A DNA stretch of 64,000 nucleotides from an uncultured Candidatus Saccharibacteria bacterium (GCA_964446625.1 CAYUPH010000005.1:1432-65431); one strand, 5' to 3'; positions 45,432 to 54,764 are shown, counted from the stretch's first letter. A program made the numbers and translations. The notes: generated by a model from the letters alone, not told the origin.

Positions 45432-47687
45432 ATGGACAGACATTTTTTGATGCGGAGCGGCGCGGTTTTTTTTGCACTTTTGCCTCTTGTTTTTATACCA
45501 GGACACCTTGAACTTTTGTCTGATTTTAAATTATTTTTCCTTTCCCTTTCTGTTTCTGTATTAGTTATTTTATATTCATGTACGGCGTTTTTTCAAAAAA
45601 AGAAAGTGGAGATTCCTTTTTCGTTTGGTATCTTAAGTCTAAGCTTACTTTTACCCCTTTATCTCATTTCAACTTTTTATAGTTTAGAAAGACCTGTTTC
45701 TCTTTTTGGTTTTGGGGGCGACACACTGTCGATCTTTAGTTTTCTTATTTTTGGAGGAACTTTCTTTTCTGTTTTTCTTCTTTTTAAATCAAAAAGGGAT
45801 CACAACCTTCTTATTACTTTTTTAGTTGCTACTCTTTTTGGGTGTACACTTTTTCAAATAGCAAAAATATTTTTTCCCTCTCTTTTATCTCTGTATACTT
45901 TTTTTGGAGCGACAGTCGGAATTATGGGAAGCTTCGTTGATTTTGGTGTTATTTGTTTTCTTCTTTTTGGAATTTTTTATATTGTCCTATCAAGAGTTGA
46001 GCTTTCTGTAAGTTCGAGTATCTTTTTCTACGGAGCTTTAATACTTAGCTTTTTTGGTGGCCACATATCAGGAATTACACTTGATGCAATTCAATATAAG
46101 GTACCACTTAGTTTACTGTTACCTATCTTTCTTATTTTGGTAGATGTGTTTCATGTTGGACTAGATGCAGTAAAGAAAAGAGTTGGAAGTAGAATCTTTA
46201 ATCCAGTACCTCTTCTTGTTTTAGCATTTCTTTTTTCTGTAAGCTTATTGTTTGGAAAGGGTATTCAGAATTATTTTGAAAACGAATATTTGGTGCAAAG
46301 CGAAGCTTCTTTGCCTCCTACATCTCTTTCGGTGGGAATTTTAGTAAGATCAGTTTCTGCCCACCCGTTTGTTGGCTTTGGTCCAGGAACCTACGAAAAT
46401 GTAAAAAACGGTTTCGGAACAGTTATTGGAAACCTTTCGACAGACACAGGTGGAAGTAGTAGTGAAGTAAGTCGCCTTCTTTCGGAGACTAGTTCTGTTG
46501 GAGTTATTGCCGGAAGCATGTGGCTACTCTTTCTTCTCTCGGTATTTTTTGTTTCTCTTAAAATACTTATTCGAAATCCTGAAAAACATAGTGTTAAAAG
46601 AAAGGTGACTGCATTTGGTGCAGGTTTTTTGGTTATTTGTTTTATAACATTTCCAATTGGTGTTTTACCCCTTTCGCTACTCTTTATTTTTTCTGGACTT
46701 TTGTACGCGATTAGAGAAAGAGAAGGAAAACTGCGTTCGATTTGCCTTGGCGGGGGGTTGTCTTCTTACACTTATATAAAAACAATTGTTTTCTTTTCAC
46801 TTGTTATTTTGGTTTCCATGTATGTTTTTGGAAGTGCACTCCTTGGAAGTGTTATTGGGCAAAAAATAGAAAAAGGGGAGTATGTAAATGCTGAAGCACT
46901 GCTTTCTAAAACAAAAAGGTTTTCACTTGATAAAAATATATACATGCTTTCTGCGCAAAATTCACTCGGCCGTTTGTTTCAAAAAATCCAAAATAGTAGT
47001 GGAGAGGAAAGTGGTGAAGACCTTCTCTTTGTACTCAAAAATATTCTTGCTGATGTAGATGTGCTCGATGTGCTAGCTCCAAATAATTACGGTGTAAAAA
47101 TATTTGAGTCCGAGCTCTATGGTGAAATTGCTAGGCTTGGTTTAACTGATTTCTATTTAAAATCTCTACAAAAGACAAAGGATGCAGAGATGCTTTCACC
47201 TTCTGCACCGCTTTCAGCGCTCCTTCAGGCAAAAATTTATACGAATTTGGGAGAAGAGGAGAAAGCAAAAGAGGCGCTCGCAAGAGCGATTAGTCTGAAG
47301 CCAAATTACACTGAGGGTTATATTTTCCTTGCAAAAATATCAGCAGAGGGAACAGATGGCGAAACACAAAAACAACTTGTGGGTCAGGCAGAGAAAATCA
47401 ATCCACTAGATGTTGATCTGACTTTTCAAAAAGCAATCCTTAGTATCCAGGTAGGAAATTATAGTGTTGCACTAGCGAACCTCTCGGCGGTTATAAAAGT
47501 TCACCCTGGTTTAGTGGCTCCAAGGTACTATGAGGCTGTTGCTCTCTATATGCTGGGACAAAAAGAGGAGGGAATAAAGAAAATGAAAAGACTAAGAGGT
47601 CTTAGTGCGGATGGAGGAAGTGTGAATCAAGCACTCTCTCTTATGTTAGAGAATCGCTTGGAAGAAAAATTTCCTGTAGTAAAATAG
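45432..47687 (+). CDS. large polytopic membrane protein with C-terminal TPR repeats (O-antigen-ligase/Wzy-like architecture), upstream of murJ
   Basis: About 12 TM helices in the first about 480 aa, then TPR-like helical repeats (…AKEALARAISLKPNYTEGYIFLAKI…YYEAVALYMLGQKEEGIKK). The track's start at 45390 lies on a TGTATAAT box. ATG 45432 or a leaderless GTG 45406 are more likely starts. Confidence 0.55.
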   Translation: MDRHFLMRSGAVFFALLPLVFIPGHLELLSDFKLFFLSLSVSVLVILYSCTAFFQKKKVEIPFSFGILSLSLLLPLYLISTFYSLERPVSLFGFGGDTLSIFSFLIFGGTFFSVFLLFKSKRDHNLLITFLVATLFGCTLFQIAKIFFPSLLSLYTFFGATVGIMGSFVDFGVICFLLFGIFYIVLSRVELSVSSSIFFYGALILSFFGGHISGITLDAIQYKVPLSLLLPIFLILVDVFHVGLDAVKKRVGSRIFNPVPLLVLAFLFSVSLLFGKGIQNYFENEYLVQSEASLPPTSLSVGILVRSVSAHPFVGFGPGTYENVKNGFGTVIGNLSTDTGGSSSEVSRLLSETSSVGVIAGSMWLLFLLSVFFVSLKILIRNPEKHSVKRKVTAFGAGFLVICFITFPIGVLPLSLLFIFSGLLYAIREREGKLRSICLGGGLSSYTYIKTIVFFSLVILVSMYVFGSALLGSVIGQKIEKGEYVNAEALLSKTKRFSLDKNIYMLSAQNSLGRLFQKIQNSSGEESGEDLLFVLKNILADVDVLDVLAPNNYGVKIFESELYGEIARLGLTDFYLKSLQKTKDAEMLSPSAPLSALLQAKIYTNLGEEEKAKEALARAISLKPNYTEGYIFLAKISAEGTDGETQKQLVGQAEKINPLDVDLTFQKAILSIQVGNYSVALANLSAVIKVHPGLVAPRYYEAVALYMLGQKEEGIKKMKRLRGLSADGGSVNQALSLMLENRLEEKFPVVK

Positions 47688-47692
47688 TTTAA

Positions 47693-49369
47693 ATGGTCAA
47701 AAGACTTATTAAGTTCGTAGGGAGAGAGGTTTCAGACATTCACGATGCAGCATATGTGCTTGCGATTTTTACTTTTCTAGCTCAACTTGTTGCCCTTGCG
47801 AGGGACAGACTTCTTGCATCACACTTCGGAGCGGGGCAGACCCTAGATGTTTACTATGCCTCTTTTCGAATTCCAGACCTGATTTTTGTGTCCCTTGCAT
47901 CCTTTGTGTCTGTTTCTGTAATGATTCCTTTTATTCAAGAGAAGGTAGGAAAAGGAGAGAAAGAAAGCAAAGAGTTTATTGCAAATGTCTTTACCTGTTT
48001 CTTTGGTGCTATTTTAATTACAGCTGCAGTCGCATTTTTCCTTATGCCCTATATTATCTCAAAAGCGTACAGTGGTTTTACGCCGGAAGCGCAGGAACAG
48101 GTTGTTCTCTTGTCTCGAATACTTCTGCTCTCACCAATTCTTATGGGAGTGTCAAACCTCTTTGCGAGTATTACACAAGCGTTTCGCCGTTTTGCAGTCT
48201 ATGCTCTTTGTCCGGTTATTTATAACCTTGCAACAGTTTTCGGTATCCTCGTTCTTTATCCAAAATACGGACTACAAGGAATTATCTACGGAGTTTTAAT
48301 TGGTGCCTTTCTTCACATGGCGCTTCAGCTTCCTTTTGTTCAAAGCCTTGGACTTATGCCGACACTGCGTTTTGGAATCTCGTGGAAGGAAATAAAAAAG
48401 ATTATTTCTATTTCGATTTCTCGTACTCTCGCGCTCTCTATTCTAAACTTAGCTGTCTTTGCCCTTCTCTCACTTGCTTCTCACATGAACGAAGGATCAA
48501 TTACAATTTTTAATCTTGCATTCAATCTTGAGTCTGTACCGATGTCTCTTATCGGAATTAGTTATTCTATGGCAGCCTTTCCTCTTCTCTCACAACTTTT
48601 TATTGATGGAAAAAAAGAAAAGTTTATCGAGGAAATCGGTGCTGCTATGAGGCATGTCATCTTTCTCTCGGTACCAATTGTAATGCTTTTTATAGTTCTT
48701 CGCGCACAAATTGTTAGGGTAGCTCTTGGAGCAGGAAACTTTAGTTGGCATGATACAAGGCTTACTGCAGCGTGTCTTGCTATCTTTTCAATTGCAGCAA
48801 TTGCACAAAGTGTGTCACTTCTTTTTGTAAGAGCATATTACGCGGCAGGAAATTCAAGGAGACCTCTTCTTGTAAATATTTTCTCCACAGTTTTTATTGT
48901 TATCTTTCCGCTTTTCTTTTTAAAGCTTATGCAAAGCACGCCAGAGTTTACACTCTTTCTTGAAAGTATGCTTCGAATCGAGGGAGTAAGCGGAACTGAA
49001 GTACTCACTCTGCCACTTGGTTTTACGCTCGGCTCGATTTTAAATTCCGCAATATTTTTTGTCCTTTTCAAAAAAGACTTTGGAAGCATTTGGGAAAAGA
49101 TAAGACGAACCCTTTTTCAGAGTGTTTCTTCTGCCATTATTGGAGGAGCTGCGGTGTACGTCTTCCTCAACATCTTTGATGGAATCTTTAGTAAAACGAC
49201 AGTAAAAGGAATTTTTGCACAAGGTTTTCTTTCAGGAATAGGTGGACTTCTTGTTTCTGTTTTTATTTTAAAACTAATGCAAAGTAAGGAACTCACAGAA
49301 GTGATGGATATTCTACGCAGAAAAATCCAAAAGCCCGTTGTAGTGGTTCCAGAGCAAACCGATCTGTAG
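47693..49369 (+). CDS. murJ: lipid II flippase MurJ (MviN)
   Basis: 558 aa, 14-TM MOP-family pattern. N-terminal SHFGAGQTLDVYYASFRIPDLIF typical of MurJ. Confidence 0.8.
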   Translation: MVKRLIKFVGREVSDIHDAAYVLAIFTFLAQLVALARDRLLASHFGAGQTLDVYYASFRIPDLIFVSLASFVSVSVMIPFIQEKVGKGEKESKEFIANVFTCFFGAILITAAVAFFLMPYIISKAYSGFTPEAQEQVVLLSRILLLSPILMGVSNLFASITQAFRRFAVYALCPVIYNLATVFGILVLYPKYGLQGIIYGVLIGAFLHMALQLPFVQSLGLMPTLRFGISWKEIKKIISISISRTLALSILNLAVFALLSLASHMNEGSITIFNLAFNLESVPMSLIGISYSMAAFPLLSQLFIDGKKEKFIEEIGAAMRHVIFLSVPIVMLFIVLRAQIVRVALGAGNFSWHDTRLTAACLAIFSIAAIAQSVSLLFVRAYYAAGNSRRPLLVNIFSTVFIVIFPLFFLKLMQSTPEFTLFLESMLRIEGVSGTEVLTLPLGFTLGSILNSAIFFVLFKKDFGSIWEKIRRTLFQSVSSAIIGGAAVYVFLNIFDGIFSKTTVKGIFAQGFLSGIGGLLVSVFILKLMQSKELTEVMDILRRKIQKPVVVVPEQTDL

Positions 49370-49438
49370 CCCGGCCCAAAGTACTAAAAGACGCTTTTCT
49401 GGTATCTCTCTCTTAATTTTGTTATAGTGTCTTTGTTT

Positions 49439-51229
49439 ATGAAACATATACGAAATTTCACCATCATTGCGCACATCGACCACGGAAAGTCGACTCTTGC
49501 AGACCGAATGCTTGAAAAAACAGCAACTATTGAGGCGCGCAAAATGAAAGATCAAGTTTTGGATGATATGGAACTTGAAAGGGAAAAAGGCATTACAATC
49601 AAAATGCGGCCTGTTCGTATGCTCTATAAAAAAGGTGGGAGCGACTATATTTTAAACCTTATCGACACACCAGGGCATATCGACTTTTCTTATGAAGTAT
49701 CTCGCGCTCTCAAAGCTGTTGAGGGGTCAATTTTGCTTGTTGATGCCACACAAGGTGTGCAGGCTCAGACCATGACAACACTCCGAATGGCAAAGGAAGC
49801 AGGTCTTACTATTATTCCAGTTCTGAGCAAAATCGATTCTCCGATTGCGCGAATTCCTGAAGTAAAGTCAGAAATGGCGAGGCTTCTCGGGTGTAGTGAA
49901 GATGAGATTTTGCTTACTTCTGGAAAAACAGGAGAGGGAGTTGAAGAACTCCTCAGTGAAATAGTGGATAGAATTCCACCACCGAAAGAAGAAGCTAAAC
50001 TTGATCGCTTACAGGCTCTTGTGTTTGATTTTCAATATTCAAATCATAAAGGAGTAATTGTATATGTTCGAATTATGGGTGGGAAAGTAAAAAAAGGAGA
50101 TGAGCTCCTTTTTAGTATTGCAAGAGAAAAATTTCACGCACTTGATGTAGGAATCTTTGTGCCAGAAGAAAAATCTACTTCTTCGATTGAGGAAGGAGAG
50201 ATTGGCTACATTGTGACAGGTATCAAACGTCCGGGAATCGCATCGGTAGGAGACACAATTACTCTTTTTCGAAGTCCTGCACCTGAGCTTATGGGATATG
50301 AAAAACCAGCACCTGTTGTGTGGGCGTCAATTTACCCCGAGGACGCCGACGACTTCGAGCTTCTAAAACAAGCCCTCGGAAGGCTTAGGCTTTCGGATTC
50401 TGCATTTTCTTATGAAGAAGAAACATCAGGTTCTCTTGGGCGAGGTTTCCGAACAGGTTTTCTTGGGCTTCTTCACCTTGAGATCATTACCGAAAGACTC
50501 CGAAGAGAATTTAATCTAAATCTAGTTATTGCAACTCCTACCATTACCTACGAAATAACAGAGAAAAGCGGAAAAGTGTACACAGTATACTCGCCATCAC
50601 TTTTTCCTGAACACGGACAAATCATAAAAATCCGCGAGCCATGGGTGTCTGTCAATGTAATTACGCCAGGTGATTACACCGGTGCAATCACAAAACTTTT
50701 GTATGAGCACGAAGCGGAAATGATTGATGCAGAAGTGTGGAATGACGGGAGAACATCGCTTATTATCCTCATGCCACTTCGAGAACTCATGAGAAACTTT
50801 TTTGATGAGTTAAAGAGTGTGTCTTCAGGTTACGCTTCGCTTTCATACGAATTTGACTCTATGCGAGAAGCGGACGTTACAAGGCTTGATGTTTTGGTTG
50901 CAGACGAGCCAGTTGAGGCGTTTACAAAAGTTGTTTCTCAAAGAAGAGTGGAAGAGGAATCAGAAAAAGTAGTAGAAAGACTCTACCATGTTTTGCCAAG
51001 ACAAATGTTTGTTACAAAGATTCAAGCAAAGGCAAACGGACGAATTATTTCTTCAAAGACACTATCAGCTCTTCGAAAAGATGTGACAGGATACCTGTAC
51101 GGAGGGGACATTACCCGAAAGAAGAAACTTCTCGAAAAGCAAAAGAAAGGAAAGAAGAAAATGAAAGAGAGAGGAAGTGTTGAAATTCCCCACGATGTAT
51201 TCCTCAAGATGATGAAAAGTGGAAACTAG
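49439..51229 (+). CDS. lepA: translation elongation factor 4 (LepA)
   Basis: G1 IRNFTIIAHIDHGKSTLADR, G3 DTPGH, G4 SKID. 597 aa from ATG 49439. Confidence 0.9.
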   Translation: MKHIRNFTIIAHIDHGKSTLADRMLEKTATIEARKMKDQVLDDMELEREKGITIKMRPVRMLYKKGGSDYILNLIDTPGHIDFSYEVSRALKAVEGSILLVDATQGVQAQTMTTLRMAKEAGLTIIPVLSKIDSPIARIPEVKSEMARLLGCSEDEILLTSGKTGEGVEELLSEIVDRIPPPKEEAKLDRLQALVFDFQYSNHKGVIVYVRIMGGKVKKGDELLFSIAREKFHALDVGIFVPEEKSTSSIEEGEIGYIVTGIKRPGIASVGDTITLFRSPAPELMGYEKPAPVVWASIYPEDADDFELLKQALGRLRLSDSAFSYEEETSGSLGRGFRTGFLGLLHLEIITERLRREFNLNLVIATPTITYEITEKSGKVYTVYSPSLFPEHGQIIKIREPWVSVNVITPGDYTGAITKLLYEHEAEMIDAEVWNDGRTSLIILMPLRELMRNFFDELKSVSSGYASLSYEFDSMREADVTRLDVLVADEPVEAFTKVVSQRRVEEESEKVVERLYHVLPRQMFVTKIQAKANGRIISSKTLSALRKDVTGYLYGGDITRKKKLLEKQKKGKKKMKERGSVEIPHDVFLKMMKSGN

Positions 51230-51394
51230 TATCTAACAGCCGGGAAGTAGAGAATCACGAGGCTGAGGATGACAAGAAGGCAAATAATTGAGAAAATTAT
51301 TTTGATAGCCTTTTGAGTTTTGTGTCCGAATAGAAACATATATGTGTATTAATTAATATTAGAGCTATACTACCAAAATTCTCTAATTTTTCAA

Positions 51395-51763
51395 ATGAAA
51401 AAGTTCCAAGAAAAACAAATCATAAAGTCCCGCCTGTATTCGCCTATCACGATTATTTTTCTTTTTATAGTGCTTCTTTTTGCGGTCAACGGCTCAAAAA
51501 ACATCTGGCTCAAGTACTTTGAGAGTAAAGAAAATGCAACACAAACCTACCGAAAGCTAGAAGAGCTAGAAGCAAGAAAAAAAGGGCTCGAAGAGCAAAC
51601 AGAAAGACTAAAAAGCGAAGAGGGAATTGAAGAGGAAGTAAGAGAGAAGTTTAATGTTCTTCGCCCAGGCGAAAAAGTTCTTGTTATAAAAGAAGAAGAA
51701 TCAGAGCAGGAGGAAGAGGAGACATTTTGGCAGAAGTTTAAAGCTAAATTTGGTTTTGAATAG
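51395..51763 (+). CDS. septum formation initiator family protein (FtsB/DivIC-like)
   Basis: N-terminal TM then coiled coil (YRKLEELEARKKGLEEQTERLKSE) and VLRPGEKVLVI box, characteristic of FtsB/DivIC. Confidence 0.6.
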   Translation: MKKFQEKQIIKSRLYSPITIIFLFIVLLFAVNGSKNIWLKYFESKENATQTYRKLEELEARKKGLEEQTERLKSEEGIEEEVREKFNVLRPGEKVLVIKEEESEQEEEETFWQKFKAKFGFE

Positions 51764-51826
51764 CTTTTTGGCCTCCTTCGCGGTATAATTGAAATGTCGG
51801 TTTTAGAAGCTAATTTTCCTAAAAAC

Positions 51827-52060
51827 ATGAAGAAAGTAACAATTTATTCAACTCCAACCTGTACTTACTGCAATCTTGCAAAAGCGTACTTTAAAGAAAA
51901 TAGCGTAGACTATTCAGAATTTGATGTTGCTGCAGATGCAGATAAACGAAAAGAAATGGTAGAAAAAAGCGGTCAAATGGGAGTTCCTGTTATTGATATC
52001 GAAGGAGATATTGTTGTCGGTTTTGACAAAGAAACTATAGAACACCTTCTCCACGCATAA
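51827..52060 (+). CDS. glutaredoxin-like protein (NrdH/YruB type)
   Basis: KVTIYSTPTCTYCNLAKAYF (CxxC), GVPVIDIEGDIVVGFD. GGTATAAT box at 51781-51789 favours the ATG at 51827 over the track's 51794. Confidence 0.7.
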   Translation: MKKVTIYSTPTCTYCNLAKAYFKENSVDYSEFDVAADADKRKEMVEKSGQMGVPVIDIEGDIVVGFDKETIEHLLHA

Positions 52061-52062
52061 AA

Positions 52063-52095
52063 CAAAAAACTCGCCCTAGGGCGAGTTTTTTGTTA
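52063..52095 (+). terminator. rho-independent terminator after the glutaredoxin gene
   Basis: aaaaaaCTCGCCCtagGGCGAGtttttt. Confidence 0.55.
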
Positions 52096-52098
52096 TAT

Positions 52099-52170
52099 TT
52101 GCTTAGTAGCCCCCGTAGTTAAATGGATATAACAGTCCCGTCCTAAGGGATAGTTGTAGGTTCGATTCCT
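52099..52170 (+). tRNA. tRNA-Arg (anticodon CCU), CCA not encoded
   Basis: Hand fold: acceptor GCCCCCG/CGAGGGC (one C-A mismatch at 5:68), D arm GTTA/TAAC with AATGGATA loop, anticodon stem GTCCC/GGGAT with loop gtCCTaa, T arm GTAGG-TTCGATT-CCTGC. Confidence 0.55.
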
Positions 52171-52289
52171 GCCGAGGGCACAAAAAAGCGAAGTGTATTT
52201 TGTGGCTCCGAGTAAATAAGCTATTTATCCTTTGTGGAAAATCAGAAGTTTTTAAATGATAAAAGTAAAATAAAAAAACCACTTTACCT

Positions 52290-52556
52290 CTAAATAGTAG
52301 GAAAAAGTGGGTCAGGACCAAGGTCTCTTTTGTGCGCCTTATCACGCCTATCAACGAGATTTTGCATGTAAGCATCACGCTGCTCAGGTGAAAGGGTAAA
52401 GAGGTAGACTGGGTCATTATCGTAGCATGGGTGGAACTCATCTTGGCGAAGCCAAAGCCTTCTCCAAAATGTTCTCATGGGTCCTGGCAGACAAATGCAT
52501 AATTTTCGATCTACTTTGTCCCGTATTGTGGCGAAGAGATTAAGGTTTAGTTTCAT
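52290..52556 (-). CDS. hypothetical protein (88 aa)
   Basis: Non-repetitive composition with Trp/Cys content atypical of spurious AT-rich ORFs. AAGGAG lies only about 1 nt from the ATG, so the start is uncertain. Confidence 0.35.
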   Translation of the reverse strand: MKLNLNLFATIRDKVDRKLCICLPGPMRTFWRRLWLRQDEFHPCYDNDPVYLFTLSPEQRDAYMQNLVDRRDKAHKRDLGPDPLFPTI

Positions 52557-52639
52557 ACTCCTTTAATTTTAACTTAAATCTATTAAATTTAAAAGCATAT
52601 TTTTAATCTCCTTATTTTGTAGTATAGTAAGAAAACTAT

Positions 52640-53503
52640 ATGAAAATCGAAAAAGTTAAAGCTGAGCCAGAGTACGAACTTCTCGACAGTGGAGAAGGTG
52701 AAAAACTAGAACGGTTTGGAGAATTCACACTGCGCCGCCCTGATCCGGGTGCTCTATGGTGGAAGGCTCTTCCAGAAGAGAGCTGGAAAAACGCAGAGGG
52801 TTACTTTAAACGATCGGGGACAAAAGGGAACTGGATCCTTTCTCCAAAAATGACAAAAAGCTGGCAGATTTCTTTTGGTGGCCTTACTCTTAAAATTGTT
52901 CCAAGTCCATTTAAACACACAGGACTTTTTCCAGAGCAACTTGCAAACTGGCAGTGGATGGAAGAGAAAATAAAAAAAGCAGGAAGGCCTATAAAAGTTC
53001 TAAACCTTTTTGGATACACAGGCGGAGCTACGCTTGCACTTGCAAAAGCTGGAGCTGAAGTAACACACATAGACGCATCAAAAAGCGCAATTACATGGGG
53101 AAGAGAAAATGCGAAACTTTCAAACCTTGAAAACTCACCAATAAGGTGGATTTTGGAAGACGCAAAAATGTTCGTCAAAAGGGAGCTTAAAAGGGGAAAT
53201 AAGTATGACGGGATTCTGCTTGATCCGCCGGCTTTTGGGCATGGTCCAAATGGTGAGACATGGAAGATTGAGGAGGACCTACTCCCACTAATTGAAGACA
53301 CAAAAGCTCTTCTTTCTGAAAACCCACTTTTTTACCTCATAAACGGCTACTCCGCAGGGTATTCGGCAATTGCCTATGGAAACACGATAAATGACCTTAA
53401 AACACGTTTTGGAGGCGATATAGAAGAAGGTGAACTCTGTCTTGAGGAAAAGGGAGGCAGGCTCCTTCCTGCGGGTATCTTTGCAAGGTGGTCAAATTTG
53501 TAA
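52640..53503 (+). CDS. class I SAM-dependent rRNA methyltransferase, RlmI/RlmK-like (Methyltrans_SAM)
   Basis: LNLFGYTGGATLALAKAGAEVTHID (motif I) and ILLDPPAFG (motif IV DPP). Confidence 0.7.
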   Translation: MKIEKVKAEPEYELLDSGEGEKLERFGEFTLRRPDPGALWWKALPEESWKNAEGYFKRSGTKGNWILSPKMTKSWQISFGGLTLKIVPSPFKHTGLFPEQLANWQWMEEKIKKAGRPIKVLNLFGYTGGATLALAKAGAEVTHIDASKSAITWGRENAKLSNLENSPIRWILEDAKMFVKRELKRGNKYDGILLDPPAFGHGPNGETWKIEEDLLPLIEDTKALLSENPLFYLINGYSAGYSAIAYGNTINDLKTRFGGDIEEGELCLEEKGGRLLPAGIFARWSNL

Positions 53504-53546
53504 AAAGAGGGCCTATTTGCTAGAATAAACGCGTACTTTAAAGAAC

Positions 53547-53852
53547 ATGATGTTAGACGAGGAACAGACATTAGAAGAAATTCGGGAAATGACCGAAGAG
53601 AATAATAAGATGCTCCGATCACTCCGCCGAACTGCGCGAGTAGGTGCCTTTTTTAAATTCTTCTACTGGATGGTGATTTTGGGCGCTGGAATTGGTGCTT
53701 TCTACTACATTCAGCCGTACTTAGAAGAGCTTCAAAAAGTGTACTCAAACATTCTTGATGCCCAGAAGAAGGTTCAAGAAATTCCTAAGTCTTTCTCTGA
53801 CTTCTTTAAAGGAAACAAAGAGGAAACAAAAGAAGTAAAAGAGGTTAAGTAG
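53547..53852 (+). CDS. hypothetical small membrane protein (101 aa)
   Basis: One TM (FFKFFYWMVILGAGIGAFYYI) flanked by charged helices. Confidence 0.45.
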   Translation: MMLDEEQTLEEIREMTEENNKMLRSLRRTARVGAFFKFFYWMVILGAGIGAFYYIQPYLEELQKVYSNILDAQKKVQEIPKSFSDFFKGNKEETKEVKEVK

Positions 53853-53887
53853 GGAGCCGGTTCAGGCGAGAGAAAAAATAAATATAT

Positions 53888-53963
53888 GCCAAGGTAGCTC
53901 AGTTGGTAGAGCATGTCCCTGAAGAGGATGGGGTCGCCGGTTCGAGCCCGGCCCTTGGCACCA
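53888..53963 (+). tRNA. tRNA-Phe (anticodon GAA), CCA encoded
   Basis: GCCAAGG-TA-GCTC-AGTTGGTA-GAGC-A-TGTCC-CTGAAGA-GGATG-GGGTC-GCCGG-TTCGAGC-CCGGC-CCTTGGC-A-CCA. All stems pair. Confidence 0.85.
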
Positions 53964-54310
53964 CAAATAAACCGCCTGAGGGCGCTTTTTGTGTGACAAG
54001 GGAGGAAGTGAACTGCCTTAGCCTTATTTGCGTCAGTATATTGACACTTTAAAAATTAGTGATATGGTTTTTATGTGAAGAAAAAAATCCTGATCTTTAC
54101 AGTGGCGGCCTCATGCTTTTGCCCCTGTTTGATTTTGCTTCACGAGGTTGGGATGTGCGAACGAACACTGAAAGGAGAGTTGGTGTTCGTGAACATAGGT
54201 CTGTGCGAGTTTGCAGTCTTTTGGCTGCTATTTGCCGGATTGACTTGTTTTCTCCTCAACCGATTCGTGAGGAATTGATAATTAGCCCGCCTCGAAAGAG
54301 CGCGGGTTTT

Positions 54311-54763
54311 TTAAATAGATTTTACTCGAAGCTTTGTTTGCTTTCCTTTGTCTATCTTTGGAAGTTTGATTGTGAGCATACCTTGGTTTTCAGTTGCCTC
54401 TGCATGGTCAATATCAATCTCTTGGGGAAGGAGTACGGTTCTTGCAAATGAGCCCCAGTAGAGCTCTCGGTGAAAATAGTTTTCCTCTGGCACGCTGTCG
54501 TCGATTTCGCGCTTTCCTTTTATTGTAATCATGTCCCTAGAGAGGATTATGTCGAGGTGTTCTTTTCGAACGCCTGCAACAATTGTTTTTACAACAAGGT
54601 GGCCTCCTGTTTCAAATACATCAACAGTGAGTTGTCCGTGTGGGTCTTCTGCTTCGGTCCAAGTCTCTGCGCCCTCTCTACTTTCTGACTCATCTAAAAA
54701 TTCTTCGCCCTCATCGTCGGGAGCAATTGCTTTTGTGAACTTGCTAAAAAAAGACTTCTTCAT
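54311..54763 (-). CDS. Hsp20/alpha-crystallin family small heat-shock protein
   Basis: Alpha-crystallin domain pattern (LTVDVFETGGHLVVKTIVAGVRKEHLDIILS...GMLTIKLPKI). 150 aa. Confidence 0.75.
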   Translation of the reverse strand: MKKSFFSKFTKAIAPDDEGEEFLDESESREGAETWTEAEDPHGQLTVDVFETGGHLVVKTIVAGVRKEHLDIILSRDMITIKGKREIDDSVPEENYFHRELYWGSFARTVLLPQEIDIDHAEATENQGMLTIKLPKIDKGKQTKLRVKSI

Positions 54764-54764
54764 G

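Noticed and set aside
45122-45433. Two ORFs (85 aa +, 73 aa -) in the murI-membrane gene gap
   Set aside because: They overlap the RNase P RNA gene and its terminator. GC-rich and Cys/Arg/Gly-heavy composition is typical of structured RNA read as protein.
54040-54312. tmRNA or SRP RNA
   Set aside because: No tRNA-like 3' end (GGTTCGANTCC...CCA), no tag-peptide ORF ending ...LAA, and no SRP domain-IV motif (GGUCCGGAAGGAAGCAGC-like) could be found by eye.
54059-54451. 130-aa and 67-aa plus-strand ORFs after tRNA-Phe
   Set aside because: They overlap the convergent Hsp20 gene and its terminator and have Cys/Phe/Leu-biased composition. The region is treated as non-coding (possible sRNA) instead.
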